56,149 nt of DNA, filler included, from Basidiobolus ranarum (GCA_040143965.1; 4 parts of 4 records of this genome joined end to end with filler, not necessarily neighbours in it), one strand, 5' to 3'; counted from the first letter of the whole stretch, positions 12,925 through 25,256 are shown. Program-made: numbers and translations. Notes: generated by a model from the sequence alone, not told the origin.

Positions 12925-13180
12925 AAAGCATCTATATAGTCATATAGCTTAATTTCACTGTTATTATTCAATATCTTCATGAGGAATTTACGCTCAATAT
13001 TTTTTACCAACTTGGAACTTCTCAAACTTGTCCAAGAGAATCCAAACCTCGTACACATATTTCTGGGACCTTTCTGAGCCTATTTTTCACGTTAATTTAT
13101 CTGTTTCTTGATAAAAGTATAAATATCCACTTGCGCTCAATAAATCAGTGAGTGAAAACCACCAATTTCATTTTCCAATA
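12925..13180 (+). mobile_element. Degenerate partial copia LTR (family A)
   Basis: Reverse-complement similarity to 13205-13530 (GAAAACCACCAATT, TCTGGGACCTT). Confidence 0.7.
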
Positions 13181-13204
13181 GCAGGTAATGAGCAAAAAGG
13201 TGAT

Positions 13205-13868
13205 TGTTAAAGTATTTTGGGAGCCTGTTGGAAGTGGTTTGGAGAAATAGAGAAATTGGCGGTTTTCACTTATTGCTTTATTGAGTATTCAGTTGACATT
13301 TATAGTTTTGTCAAGACGTAAACAAACTAACGTGTAGAATGTGTTAAGGAAGGTCCCAGAAACATTTGTGCCAAGTTAGGGGCTTCTACCACAAGTTTCA
13401 AAAATCTATATATCTGAGAACTTCTAAGTAAGTTCCTGATGATAATAATGGGTAATAGCTTGGTTCAATATAGGATAACTAAATATCAAGCTATATATAA
13501 CTATATAGGTGTTTAGACTATGCTAGTTTCTGTTAAAGTATTTGGGAGCCTATTGGAAGTGGTTTGGAGAATTAGAGGAATTGGTGGTTTTCACTTAGTG
13601 ATTTATTGAGTAGAAAGTTGAAATTTATAGTTTTGTCAAGATGTAAACAGACAAGCATGTAAAATATGTTAAGGAAGGTCCCAGGAACATGCGTGCAAAG
13701 TTTGGGGCTTCTAGCTCAGGTTTGAAAAATCTATATATCTTCAAACTTCCAAGTAAATTCCTTATGAGAATAATGGATAATATCTTAGTGAATTATAAGA
13801 TAACTAAGTACTAAGTTATATATGACTATATAGGTGTTTAGGCAATGCTAATTTCAATAGTTTCTACA
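13205..13868 (-). mobile_element. Two nested family A LTRs: 13531-13859 inserted into the end of 13205-13868
   Basis: Two ~330-bp near-identical units, each starting TGTTAAAG. The inner copy is flanked by the 5-bp direct repeat GTTTC (13526-13530 and 13860-13864). Confidence 0.85.
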
Positions 13869-13876
13869 TTAAAACC

Positions 13877-13986
13877 TGTTGGAGGATCTTGACATAATGG
13901 GGTAGACTTTGAGTATTAGAAGCAACTTATGATAGTGAGTTTTAGTTAGTTTATTCTTAAGAGTATATGGTGACTTATATAGTAGA
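13877..13986. mobile_element. LTR-like repeat family B, truncated by the gap
   Basis: Starts TGTTGGAGGATCTTGACATAAT. Also present inverted at ~14215-14309 and at 44479. Confidence 0.7.
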
Positions 13987-14086
13987 NNNNNNNNNNNNNN
14001 NNNNNNNNNNNNNNNNNNNNNNNNNNNNNNTTAATTAATTAANNNNNNNNNNNNNNNNNNNNNNNNNNNNNNNNNNNNNNNNNNNN
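13987..14086. other. Artificial assembly spacer
   Basis: N-run, TTAATTAATTAA, N-run; 100 bp in total. Confidence 0.97.
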
Positions 14087-14220
14087 TATATTAACCAAAC
14101 CATTAGCTAGACAGAAATTGGAGAAATTTAGACCTTTATTAGGATTAGTTTCTATGACTATTTAGCTGAGGGAGAGTGTTGAAATTAGCATTGCCTAAAC
14201 ACCTATATAGTCATATATAT
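14087..14220 (+). mobile_element. 3' end of a Ty1/copia retrotransposon: RNase H C-terminus, polypurine tract and start of the 3' LTR (family A)
   Basis: 14088-14165 translates ILTKPLARQKLEKFRPLLGLVSMTI*, matching the copia ADxLTKPL...R..LG end. PPT GAGGGAGAG at 14168-14176 abuts TGTTGAAATTAG at 14177. Confidence 0.85.
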
Positions 14221-14431
14221 ACTCATAGGAATAAAGTTACTAAAACACACTATCATAAGTTGCTTCTAATACCCAAAGTCTAACCCCATTATGTCAAGAT
14301 CCTCCAACAGAAAAAATATTCTAAGTAAATTCTAATAGGGAATAATGGGTGTCATCTTAGTGAAATATACAACAACCTAATATTAATCCATATATGACCA
14401 TATAGGTGCTTTCACTATGCTGCTTTCAACA
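14215..14431 (-). mobile_element. Scrambled fragments: inverted family B (to 14309), then a family A fragment (~14315-14431)
   Basis: TTATGTCAAGATCCTCCAACA end of family B; the family A fragment ends CTTTCAACA. Confidence 0.7.
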
Positions 14432-14576
14432 AACACAAGAGGAGATTAGCATTCAGCAGCTAAAATAAAGTAAAGGAATTCATATACAGAGCTTTGAAAG
14501 TGGTTTTCAGCACTATAGTTCCCAGTATTTAAGACTCAATTGCTACAACTTCTACTTACAAGATACTAGGAAGATA

Positions 14577-14915
14577 TGTTAATGTATTTGGGAGCCTGTT
14601 GGAAGTGGTTTAGATAATTAGAGAAATTGGTGGTTTTCACTTATTGTTTTATTGAGTAGAAAGTTGACATCTATAGTTTTGTCAAAATGTAAACAAACTA
14701 ACATGTAGAATATATTAAGGAAGGTCTTGGGAACATGTGTGCAAAGTTTGGGGCTTCTTTGAAGAATCTATATATCTGAGAGCTTCTAAGTTGGTGTCAA
14801 TATTCTAAGTAAATTCCTTATGAGAATAATGGGTAATATCCGAGTGAAATATAAGATAACTAAGTACTAAGCTGTATATGACTCTATAGGTGTTTAGGCA
14901 ATGCTAATTTCAACA
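14577..14915 (-). mobile_element. Solo copia LTR (family A) with target-site duplication
   Basis: TGTT...AACA termini, with a perfect 5-bp AGATA repeat on both sides. Confidence 0.9.
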
Positions 14916-15329
14916 AGATAAAGCTTAACTATACCAAACATAATACATGCATATGTTGGAAACTTAAGTTAATGAAAGATGTTTCTTGTCCTATTTGTGA
15001 GTTTTACTTGTTCAGTAATATTGTATACACAGACATGATGCTACTAAGATAATAAATAGATAACAACTGTCAATATAAAAGTAAATCAAGTGTACCCCGT
15101 AATAATTAGTTGGCTGGTTTAAATATCCAATTTAATTGAAGTAAAAACCATATGGAATCCTAGATAATCCGTGGATCAGCAAACCCAAATCAAGCTGCGG
15201 AACAAAGTAGACCTCAAGGCTTATGCGATTGAAATTAACAAAGAGTCCGTTGTCAACCATTTTTCTAATCGTGGTCACAAAATAGTCCACTACCACGAAT
15301 ACGGAAACCTAGTTCCATAGTTTAACGAA

Positions 15330-18300
15330 ATGTTTGGCGAAAGTGGCTTTAGCAACACGAGTTTTGGGGGTAACTCGACGTTCAGTCAACAACCAAAACA
15401 AACACCGTCCTTAGATCAAATTCAGGCCTCTGTCTTTGGTCAGGCGCCGAACACCGTTCGAAGTAGTATCATATTTTTTTATTGTAATCCTTGACTTATT
15501 GACTTTTGTTCAATCAAAAAATTCTCTTCTAGATTTTGGACAACCAGCGAATACTGTGACCACCTCGACTTCAGGTCAACTTTTAACAAAACAACCTTCT
15601 AGTGGCACTAACATCGGTAGGCTTTCCAAGAGGTAGTTTTTTCTTCCCAATTTAAGCTAAATTGTTACTTAGCTTCATCATTTGGCTGGCAACCACCGCA
15701 ACAATCTGGATTTAATAGTCTCCCCAGTAAGTTATCTTAAAGGTTAATTTATTTACAAACGTAAACTAAAATGTTGATTATTTTATGACCCTCAGGCAGC
15801 TTTGTAAGTACAACTTCGACATCTGGCTGGACGCTACCGCAGCAGTCTACTGTTGTATCTGGAGAACCAAGTAAGTGCATCAACAATTATTGGTTAAGAT
15901 GGGTAATACCTCAGCTTAAACCGAGCAATTCGTGGAGATGCCCACACTAGTCTCGGTTTTGGTAGTAGGAAAATGCTAATCAGAAATTTCGAGGAACTAC
16001 AAATTCTAAACCAAGTATATTATGTTAGGCTTTATCTCCAAGCCTTTCAGTGCGACAACCTCCCATGGTGGCTCACTTGTTCAAAATCCAAACGCAGGCA
16101 TTACGATTGGCTCTAATTCTAGCGATATATTTGCTACCTCTAATACCATGAATTTCTACAAAACTACTGTATTGGAATCAAAGGATAAAGCGATCAATAG
16201 TGAAAATGGTACTGCTTCTGAGACCTATCGTACAACGCCGGACAAGGATCCTTTTGGTGTAATTACCATTTTCCATAGCATTAGCGCTATGCCTACATAC
16301 CAAAGTTATTCATTTGAAGAGCTACGACTTCAGGATTATCAGCAAGGTAGAAAAACCTCACAGACCAGAGCTATCGGAGGAGTATTCGGATCAACCAACT
16401 TAGCAGGATTCAGCAATTACGACACCACAAACCATGGTATAGCATCTGCCTCCAAGGGGATCTCATTATTTGGAGATAGTCAAAATACTGACTTTGGTAA
16501 AGCTACTGGCTCTGCTTTTGAAGCCCCTACTTCAGGTAATTTTAATCTTTTTACCGGCAGTGTGTTTTATTATTGATGGTGTTTCTTTTGGCAGCTTTCT
16601 TCAACTCAGCTCCAACAGTACTATCGTTTAGCCAACCTGTAAATATGAACAACCTTGGTAACACTTGGGCCGGTTTTGGAAAACCCTTCGCCAATAGTTT
16701 TAATTGTGGCACCCGAACAGACCTTGAAAGCACTACTGTAAATTCAGCTTCTAATATAACTCCAGAAATAAGCAGTAATTCCTCTGCACCGACAGTCGCG
16801 GCGATATCCATTAATCCAAACATCGGCCTCGAAAATGGAAATGCTCTTATGACTACTACTACTCCGACTGGTTTTGAATATAAGCCGAATACATCCGTAG
16901 CAGGTTTTAAACAGAGTGATGTTACACTGTTAGATGTAGCCAACGCATGTACTACCCATTTCTCGTCCGGACCGAACTCAAACAACAATACGGGCAATAT
17001 CGTGGAGCCCATTCCTAGTACATTTGAGTCCGCTACAACTACCGTTACTCCTAATGTGTCTAGTCACTCTCGTTCGAGCGCGCCCGATGTGTTGAGCCAC
17101 CCTACAGCTTCCACTCAAACTACCTCAAATCTCTTCAGTAACACTACCTCTACAGTTATTTCCAATCCATTTATAGCATCTATGCTATTATCCAATACTC
17201 ATCATAGTAGCTGTCTATTTGGACCCAAACCAACAACCACCAGCACACCACCTTTCAGCTATACTTTCAATCCCGATACAGGATTGGGCACCACGTTCGG
17301 ACCCGGCAATAACAATATTGGTCACTTTTCCATTGCACCCAGAACAGTTCCGATCCATCGATATGAATTGCAAGCAAGCATCGATGAAAATCCATACGGT
17401 AATAATCCTCTATTTTCCAACATTCCAAAAAATAATTCGCCTTTGAGGAATTCAGATTTAAGTAGTATCCCTGTTACTACTACTACTGATCAGGTCAGTC
17501 CCAGGGTACAAGTTACACAGAAGAAAATAGATGGGTCCACCTACCATTCAAAGACATCCCCACGCTCCGTAGCAAAAGTTAAACTTCGTGGTTTTAATTC
17601 ACAATCACCTGTGAAACCATTTACTCCAGGGTCTACACCTGAAATGATCGGATTATCGGAACTCGAATTGAATGACCCCCTTGCAAGTCCAGAGGTATAT
17701 CCACTCAACCCTAGTAAACCAAGTATCGCTTCAGACGGAACTTGTGATTCACCCAAAGAAGAGGGCAACGCCAATGCATCACCCATGGTTAACAATACTA
17801 ACCATGTTGAATATGGCGCACCCAACTCGCAGAGTATTACAGCTCTTAAGCCATCTTCTAATCCAGATTTATCATCGCACATAAATGACATCAGTTTATC
17901 AATATTGCATGAATATTGGACGTCACCAACGTTGTCAACACTCCAAGAGATGACTCCTCAGCAACTAAAGAGAGTAAAAGAATTCGAAGTGGGGCGTAGT
18001 GGGTATGGTCAAGTTAGATTTCTTCAGCCAATTGATCTAAGTGATATTTCATCATTGGACCGTATTCCCGGGGAATTGATTCATTTCGAGAGAAAATTCT
18101 GTTCAGTATTTTCTAATGAAATCAGTCAATCATCTCCAGGCGAAGGATTCAATATCCCAGCAATCATAACCTTGAACCATTGTTGGCCCTTGGATAAAGC
18201 TACTAGACATCCCATTAAAGATATGAAAAACCCGAGATTAATGCAACATGTAAAGAAATTGAAAAATATCTCCACTACGAAATTCTTGGATTTCAATTAC

Positions 18301-18339
18301 GAAACAGGTACTTGGTCTTTTATGGTGAATTGCTTCTGA
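15330..18339 (+). CDS. Nup98/Nup116-like FG nucleoporin, multi-exon; 5' exon structure approximate
   Basis: MFG start, degenerate FG repeats, GLEBS motif (FHSISAMPTYQSYSFEELRLQDY), ASIDENPYG motif, C-terminal Nucleoporin2 domain (YWTSP...GTWSFMVNCF). Confidence 0.85.
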
Positions 18340-18497
18340 TCGACACCAAGCACCGTTGGATACTTGATATATAAATAAAATGTGAAATCATTTTGAACTA
18401 CTGTTTATTGGAAATATTTACAGAAGAGAATTAACATAGATCCAAGAGAATGAAGATAAACGATCTATTAATCAGGGCAAATGAAAGCCAGCATAAC

Positions 18498-21329
18498 CTA
18501 GAAGAGAACAAAATTTGGATGAACACTGATGTAAACGTTCTCTACAGATTGTCCCTCTTCCCAGTTGGGTGGTTTGATTTCTAGTAGGACATTCTCCTTG
18601 GTAATGAGACTCTTAATTACTTGATGAACGAGTTTTTGTTCAGCCAACAGCTCTGCTTCCGTTGCGATCTCCTCTTCTTTCTGTTCTAAATACCATTCTA
18701 TCAGTTGTCCTCGAGTCATAGGAGTATCATCATTTTCGGTCTCCACTTGACGTAACTTCAATACCAACATATTTCTTATAGCATTGAAATGATCCCGTGA
18801 AATAGCAACCTTTTTCTTTTCCACTGGAATTTGTGACGAATCCAAGTTATCAGTAGGCACTGGGTCACTTTCTTCCATCATATCCATAGATGAGATAGGT
18901 TTCTCGGCTTCTTCATCCGCTTCATCATCCAGAACTGTATCATCGGTTTCAACGTGGATGATAGATTGACGAAGAAGACGATGTGCCTCACGCACATATT
19001 TTACCCCAATCTCTTCATCACAATGAACTCTAGCCAAAGCCTCAGATAGACGGATCATACTTTCGAGTTGTCTAACAGTGATTCTATAAGAATTATTACT
19101 GAGACCACTAGCATCAGCGAGTCGGAGATCACAGTACTTCTGCCATAAAAGTTTGGATGATTCAGGGGTTAGTTTGGGTTTCAAGGTACGAGCAAAGCGA
19201 ATGTATCGTTGAAGTTGAGCGGTAGAGAATTCTGGTTCCAAAGCCTCATCCTTAAATCTATGAACATTGACGATGTGACGGGCAAGGTTATAATCGGTAG
19301 TCTCGTTACATTCATCCAAAATCACAAAGAACAGATCGAAACGAGACATGATAGGTGGAGACATGTTGATATTCTGACGAAGTGTCATCTTTTTGTCATA
19401 TCTACCTGCAACTGGGTTGGCAGCAGCAAGAATGGAAGCACGGGCGTTTAAGGTGGCATGGATACCAGCTTTGGCAATAGAGATGGTTTGCTGTTCCATA
19501 GCTTCGTGAATAGCTACTTGATCTACGATATCCATCTTGTCAAACTCATCGATGGCACAAATACCATTATCAGCCAACATCAATGCACCAGCCTCAATGG
19601 TGAAATCACCAGTCTCTTCATCTTTGGTAACTGAAGCGGTTAAACCGGCAGCACTAGAAGCCTTTCCGGAAGTGAAAATGGCGCGAGGAAGGAAGCTACA
19701 AACGTACTTGAGGAATTGCGATTTACTTGTACTAGGATCACCAACAAGGCACACGTTAAGATCACCACGAAGATTCATTCCTTCAGCGGTAGTTTTATGG
19801 ACTCCGCCCATCAACTGAAGTAAAATTCCCTTCTTCACCTCCTCGTGACCGAATACGGTTGGAGCAATACTGTTGACCAATTTACTGTAGATGACGTTGC
19901 TCATAGAAGCCATGTTTCTTAAATCATTGATTTCCTCTTGAGTGAACTGGCTTAAAAGGACAGATTGATCTTCTTCAGCATCCTCGCTGTCACCCTTTAC
20001 ATTTCTGATACCGGATTTGTTATCAGCAGACTCCACCGAACAGGCCAGAAAAGCTAGTTTATAAGTCAACTCACGTACACCGAGGGCTTTCAATCCGGAA
20101 ACTCCTTCATTAGAGAAACCTTCTTTAGATCTACCAAACTCTTTGGTATCACGATGGGCTTCAACTCGGGTACCAGTGGTACCAAGTTGACCAACATCAG
20201 GAACGACGATCAGGCACCCAGTGAATACAGCTTTGTCACCGGCTTTGGCGCGTTCAACGGTCTCACCACGTAAGATAATCTCGACACTTCTTGGCATACT
20301 ACCGGTGGGGATTTCATTAGCATTTTCTTGAACACGAACTTTTTGCCAATCTATGAATTTCGATTGATCAAGACTCAAAGTCCAGTTAGATCTATTTTGA
20401 CAGGTAGGATTTTGACAAATAGATGGTTCGGTATATTTGAATTGTTGCAATACACCTCTAACCAAAGTAAAGCAATCATCACAAGTGAAAGTGCCATAAA
20501 GAAGTTCAGGTCTAACTTCACTAGTACGAGTTACAGTGCCACTTACACACATCAATTGACCGATTTTATCCGTACGAAGTTCACGTACTCGACTGACCGC
20601 AGGTAGATTGTAAAAAGCTACTTGAAATTCACGCTGATTTCCGGAACTCCCTTGAGTTGGAATGTTGGAGGTATTAAGATAAAGATAAGACGGAATATAC
20701 TTTCGGACGAGATTTTGAATAGCTTTACGCAAATATGGCTCAAATCTTTAGAAAGTCAATGATCAATAACATATAAGGATGAGATATTCATGAATACTGA
20801 TAGTACATACCTGTAATAATGTAGTGCGATAGCATTAGCCAATACTTCATTGTAATGAAGAATGTGCTGATAATCAACATAAACTGTATGTAACTCCTCG
20901 GTACGTAATTGTTGAATTTGTTCAATATAAGGCTTAAACACTTGACTATCTTCAGGATTTTCTTCGGTATAGCTTATTTTTAGAAACACAAGGTTAGAAA
21001 TGTTGGAAGGTGAAGGTTAAAAAGAAAAATGGAAGCTTCTCTTACTATTCAAGGAATTTTTCAAACTCTTCACGTGAAGTGGCAGCAGCGGTATCATCTA
21101 CCTTTGGAACACTATCAGCATTAACTTGGTTAGGTCGACGCTTTGGTCGTTCAGAAAGTTCTCTATGGTCAAGTTCAGGTTCGTGCTCTAATGTGGAACC
21201 TAAAAAGTTGTACTCCGCTCCTGGAGTAGAAGGAAGATGTCCAGGTGTAGAAGGGATTGGACCAGGGGTTGAGGGAAGTATCCCAGGAGTAGAAGGAAGA
21301 GCACCGGGTGTTGAGGGAAGACCATCCAT
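18498..21329 (-). CDS. MCM6: DNA replication licensing factor MCM6, three exons
   Basis: VTRTSEVRPEL, Zn finger, GDPSTSKSQ Walker A, IDEFDKM, SRFDLFF, C-terminal VHPNF. Confidence 0.96.
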
Positions 21330-21674
21330 TACGTCGATTAAAGTAAGATAGAAAAAGTAAAGAACACTTTCAAGTTAAAGTCAAATGTGTACATTTGTAC
21401 TTGGCACAATGTTTATGTTTATTGTTGAATTTTTTGATTGTTATTGAGATTACCCAAACAATCGGATTGATTGGACACGGGAGAATTGAGGTGTTAATAA
21501 ATGCTGTAGACTAGAAATTATCGATGCCCGATAACCCCATGTATGAGTAAAATATTACCGAACAGTATATTGAGGTATAGATCTCTCGATGATAGATGCA
21601 TTGTTTATTTTCACATGGTGAAATTATTTTGGAGATGTCGACTATGATGCTAACTAATGCTAAAATGACTTCAA

Positions 21675-23069
21675 TTACTCATAGTTTGTCGGTCTGGCAG
21701 GCCTGATAAATGTAACAGCATTAGCATGTTTAAATAATTGAAGATGCTGAGGAAATACATACCATTTTCCACAAGTGTAGCAGAAATTTTTATCTTTAGA
21801 TGCAAGCTGATATCCACATCCTGGGCATGGATCATCTTTGAAACGTGGAGTGGGGCATTGATCGCCAAATACTTTTTTAAAGAGTCTAGAGAAAGCAAGT
21901 ATGACTGCGGTTTAACATGCCATTCATATAAAGAATGGGAATAAATTCAAATACTTGTAATAGAAGAGCTGTTCGGCATCTCGAATTTCAATTTTATCTT
22001 GTTCTAATATCTCTGCTTGTTGACGAGAGAGTTCCTCTGGACTGATTCGCTCATTGAAATATTGTGGTAGAATGGTAGTTCCAGAACCGACTAGATACAT
22101 GAGAGTTTTAGTAACATGTAAAAAAACCAAATAACTTGAGTACCAACCTTCAATAGGTTCTTTGACGCGCCAGACAGATACCGTATCAGGAAAAGCCTGA
22201 CGAAGAATGAATTTTCCATGCTGGAAGTTGTCGTGCATACTGACCTTTTCATCCTATTTATCAGAGGAGTCAGGAAACCGATCCAAGGGAAACGAAGAGT
22301 TAGAGTATAATATATTACCTTGGTCAAAGTTTTGGAAAATTCGATCACTTCGGGATCGAGGAATGGCTGACTAAGCTTTAAGCCTAACTCCTTTGCCAAA
22401 GGGCCAGCAGAAAAAGTCATGACGTTGGCCAAATGGTTACTATACTCTTCAAATCTAGGACTCTCCATTCCCAGCATAAAGCTATAACCTCCAAACAATT
22501 CGTCCGCTCCATCGCCTTCAGAATTTCGATATTAATATGAAAATTCTCTTTTTCAAGTCACGAATATAACTTTTCGAACAAATACCTGTACATACGGACT
22601 CATAACCGAGACGTTTGGCTTCGATCATGGCGCGTGCGATAACTACGTTATTTCTTAATTGCATTGTATCGAAACTTTTGAAAACTTTAATGCAGTACTC
22701 CATTTCCTCGACAAGGCTCTCTAAATTGGTGTCAATAAGATGATACTTTAGGCCGCATTTTTTGGCCACTTTCTCGGCATAAGCATAGTCAGTAGCTGTG
22801 TCGGTGGCCTAATTACCAAGATTACTATATTCCTTTATTCTACATGGCTTATTGAATTTACTTCGACCATAGTTAAACTGAGTTTGAAATACCTTGACTG
22901 TGACACCAGCCTTTAAACCAAGTGGATTCCCAAGCTCATGCGAAAACTCGGCCAAGATTGAGGTATCTAAGCCTCCTGACAATAGCATACAATCACTTTT
23001 GCCAGCTCTTTCAAGAGCCCTGGTAAACACTTCTCTGCATAAATTAATCTTTTCTTGTGTAGCAGCCAT
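21675..23069 (-). CDS. Asparagine-synthetase-like adenine nucleotide alpha hydrolase, lacking the glutaminase domain, with a C-terminal Zn ribbon; multi-exon
   Basis: LLSGGLDTS PP-loop ~30 aa from the start; TGDGADELFGGY after splicing; PFLDPEV; GKFILRQAF; WRVKEPIEVGSGTT; spliced C-terminus CPGCGYQ...FCYTCGKWPARPTNYE*. Confidence 0.82.
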
Positions 23070-23802
23070 TTCAAGGTACAAAAATTTCTCTTCACAGTGG
23101 GAGAAAAGAAAGTTATCTACTCAACCGTTACAACCGCATGGATACTAATTGTGGGAATATCAAATGATCAACCATCAAGATTATCCCACTATCTAACTAT
23201 CAACATTCGACAATCTAGAATGAATTCGATTCGTAGATCCTTTGAAGTTCAATATGGCGGAAGTTCAATATGGCGGATGAAAGGGTTGTTTAGCTTAATA
23301 TAGAAGCTAGTTTTAGAGAGATCTTCAAAGTAACGGTGTAACGTCTGAGGAATATAACAACTATTGGAAAGGCTTTTCTAAAAGTCATCACTGTACTGTT
23401 GAAAAAGGATTTGATCTCGGAATTCTACCCAAAATATATTGATTCGTAGTGTATAGAGAATAATAGTGGAATTCCACACCTGCTTATGGTAAGAGTAAAT
23501 TTTACGAATTACAAACATTTACGAATTACAATTGAATTCTACAACTGTTAAGCATAAAACGTAAATGACTCCAGTTAAATACGAAACCAATGAAATTGGA
23601 TAGATTCTTATTCTAAACGGGGTTATATGGTGGATTATATGGTGATATCGAGATATTTCTACTAATAGTCATTCTTATTTTAATATTATGTGCCACCTTG
23701 AATGAACCATTATTGGCGCCCCAGTGAGGCTACACAGCATTTGTATATAAACGAAGTATTTTTTTTAAGAGCTGCATCCTGACCTCTCATCTTATAATTC
23801 CA

Positions 23803-25256
23803 ATGGCTCCTCTTCGCTCAGCTTTCTTATTTGCAGCCGCTGCTTCTCTTCTTTCTTGTGCTGTTGCTGAAGATCTTTTTCCTAACAAAGTTCATGGTTA
23901 GCTACTTTTGAGTTTACACCTATTGGTTCTAATGTTAACAATTCCTCTATCCAGTTGATTCTTCCACTCTTTGGTCCATCGAGTACCATGATTCTTGGAA
24001 GTATCTAGTCAACGTGGGCACCAAGAATGGCTATGTTCTCTACCAGAAAGGAACAGCAAAGCCTCCCGCCAAGAATGAAACCGATAAATTCTTTGAAGTT
24101 CCAGTAGAGAAGGCTGCTATTTTCCTTACTACTGTTGTTCCCTACCTTGAGGTAAGTTATTGCAATCTTACTATACTATATTTTGTTGCTGTGCATGGCT
24201 TTAACCAGATTTCCCGCACAGATGCTCGGTCTCCGTGATAAAATCGCCGTTGTTGAGTATGAAGAAGCCATTGCCTCTGGTTGTGTTTTATCCAACATTC
24301 AGAAACAGTCTACTCTGGCTATTAACTCCAACAATAAGACCGAAGTAGCTGCGCAACTTAGTGGTGTTGATATCATCTTTGACGGACAGTTCACGAATGA
24401 TACTGTAAATAATGCCAAGAATGTCTTATCCAGTGCATCTCAAGATCCAGGACCATTACGTCGCGTTGAATGGCTCGAATTCTACTCTGCTTTCTTCAAT
24501 TATGAGAAACAAGCCAATGAATTGACCAGTTCTATCAATGACAACTATAACTGTATCTCCAAGAAGGCTATAGCTGTCGCTGGAGATAAAAAGCCCGTCT
24601 TTGCTTGGGCAAGTTACGTGGCTCCTTCCCAGTACAACAATAATACCGCATCCTACACCATCTCTGTAGCCGATTTCAAAAAGGATCTAGTTAGTGCTGC
24701 TGGTGGTCAAGTCCTTGAAACCAGTACTGGTGGCAACTTGGCCGGTAGTACCATCACTTTTAATGATTTGAAACCTTTCCAGGAAGCATTGAAGGGAGTA
24801 GATGTCCTTCTTGATGAAACCTACGGTGGTGCAGTCACAGATATGAAGAGTTTCTACACTCAATATGGACTTACTGCTGAGTCGGATTACAAATTCATTA
24901 AGAACAAGAGCATCTATCGTTATGATCTTCTCCAAACTAAGGGTGGTGGCGTTGACTGGCTTTCCAATGGTGTTCTTATGCAAGATGCAGCCCTTGAGGA
25001 TGTCGCCAATTCCCTTCATGAGAAATTTACCAATAACTATGAATTCAAATGGTTCCGTAATATTGCCAAGGACGTTGCCGTCAAAATCTCATCCGAAGAG
25101 TGCAAAGACCCAGCACAACCACTTAAGAGTTATGCCACTCAATGCACAGCTGACAGCAAAAACTTCTCTGATGCCAAGGGCTCTGCCACCTCTGTAGTCA
25201 CATCACTACTTGCATCCTCTGTCCTCGCATTTGTCGCCTCTATTCTCGTCATATAA
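23803..25256 (+). CDS. Secreted, probably GPI-anchored periplasmic-binding-fold protein (CBA1/BtuF-like). Exons 23803-23896, 23955-24151, 24222-25256
   Basis: Signal peptide, then EDLFPNKV, YVLYQKGT, VPYLEMLGL, PLRRVEWLEFYSAFFNYE, GGVDW. Hydrophobic C-terminal tail after small residues. TATA at ~23743. Confidence 0.72.

Noticed and set aside
14031..14042. TTAATTAATTAA palindrome recurring three times in the window
   Set aside because: It is always centred in 100-bp N spacers, so it is an artificial linker. Adjacency across these gaps is unproven.
13205..14915. Repeat array as CRISPR or satellite DNA
   Set aside because: Units are ~330 bp, dispersed, in both orientations, with TG..CA ends and TSDs, so they are LTRs.
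16551..20606. Antisense and overlapping ORFs within Nup98-like and MCM6 (and similar ones in other genes)
   Set aside because: These are shadow frames of real coding sequence with no independent motifs.
23300..24221. Cobalamin riboswitch upstream of or within the CBA1-like gene
   Set aside because: No recognisable B12-box or conserved core found by eye; an Infernal search would be needed.
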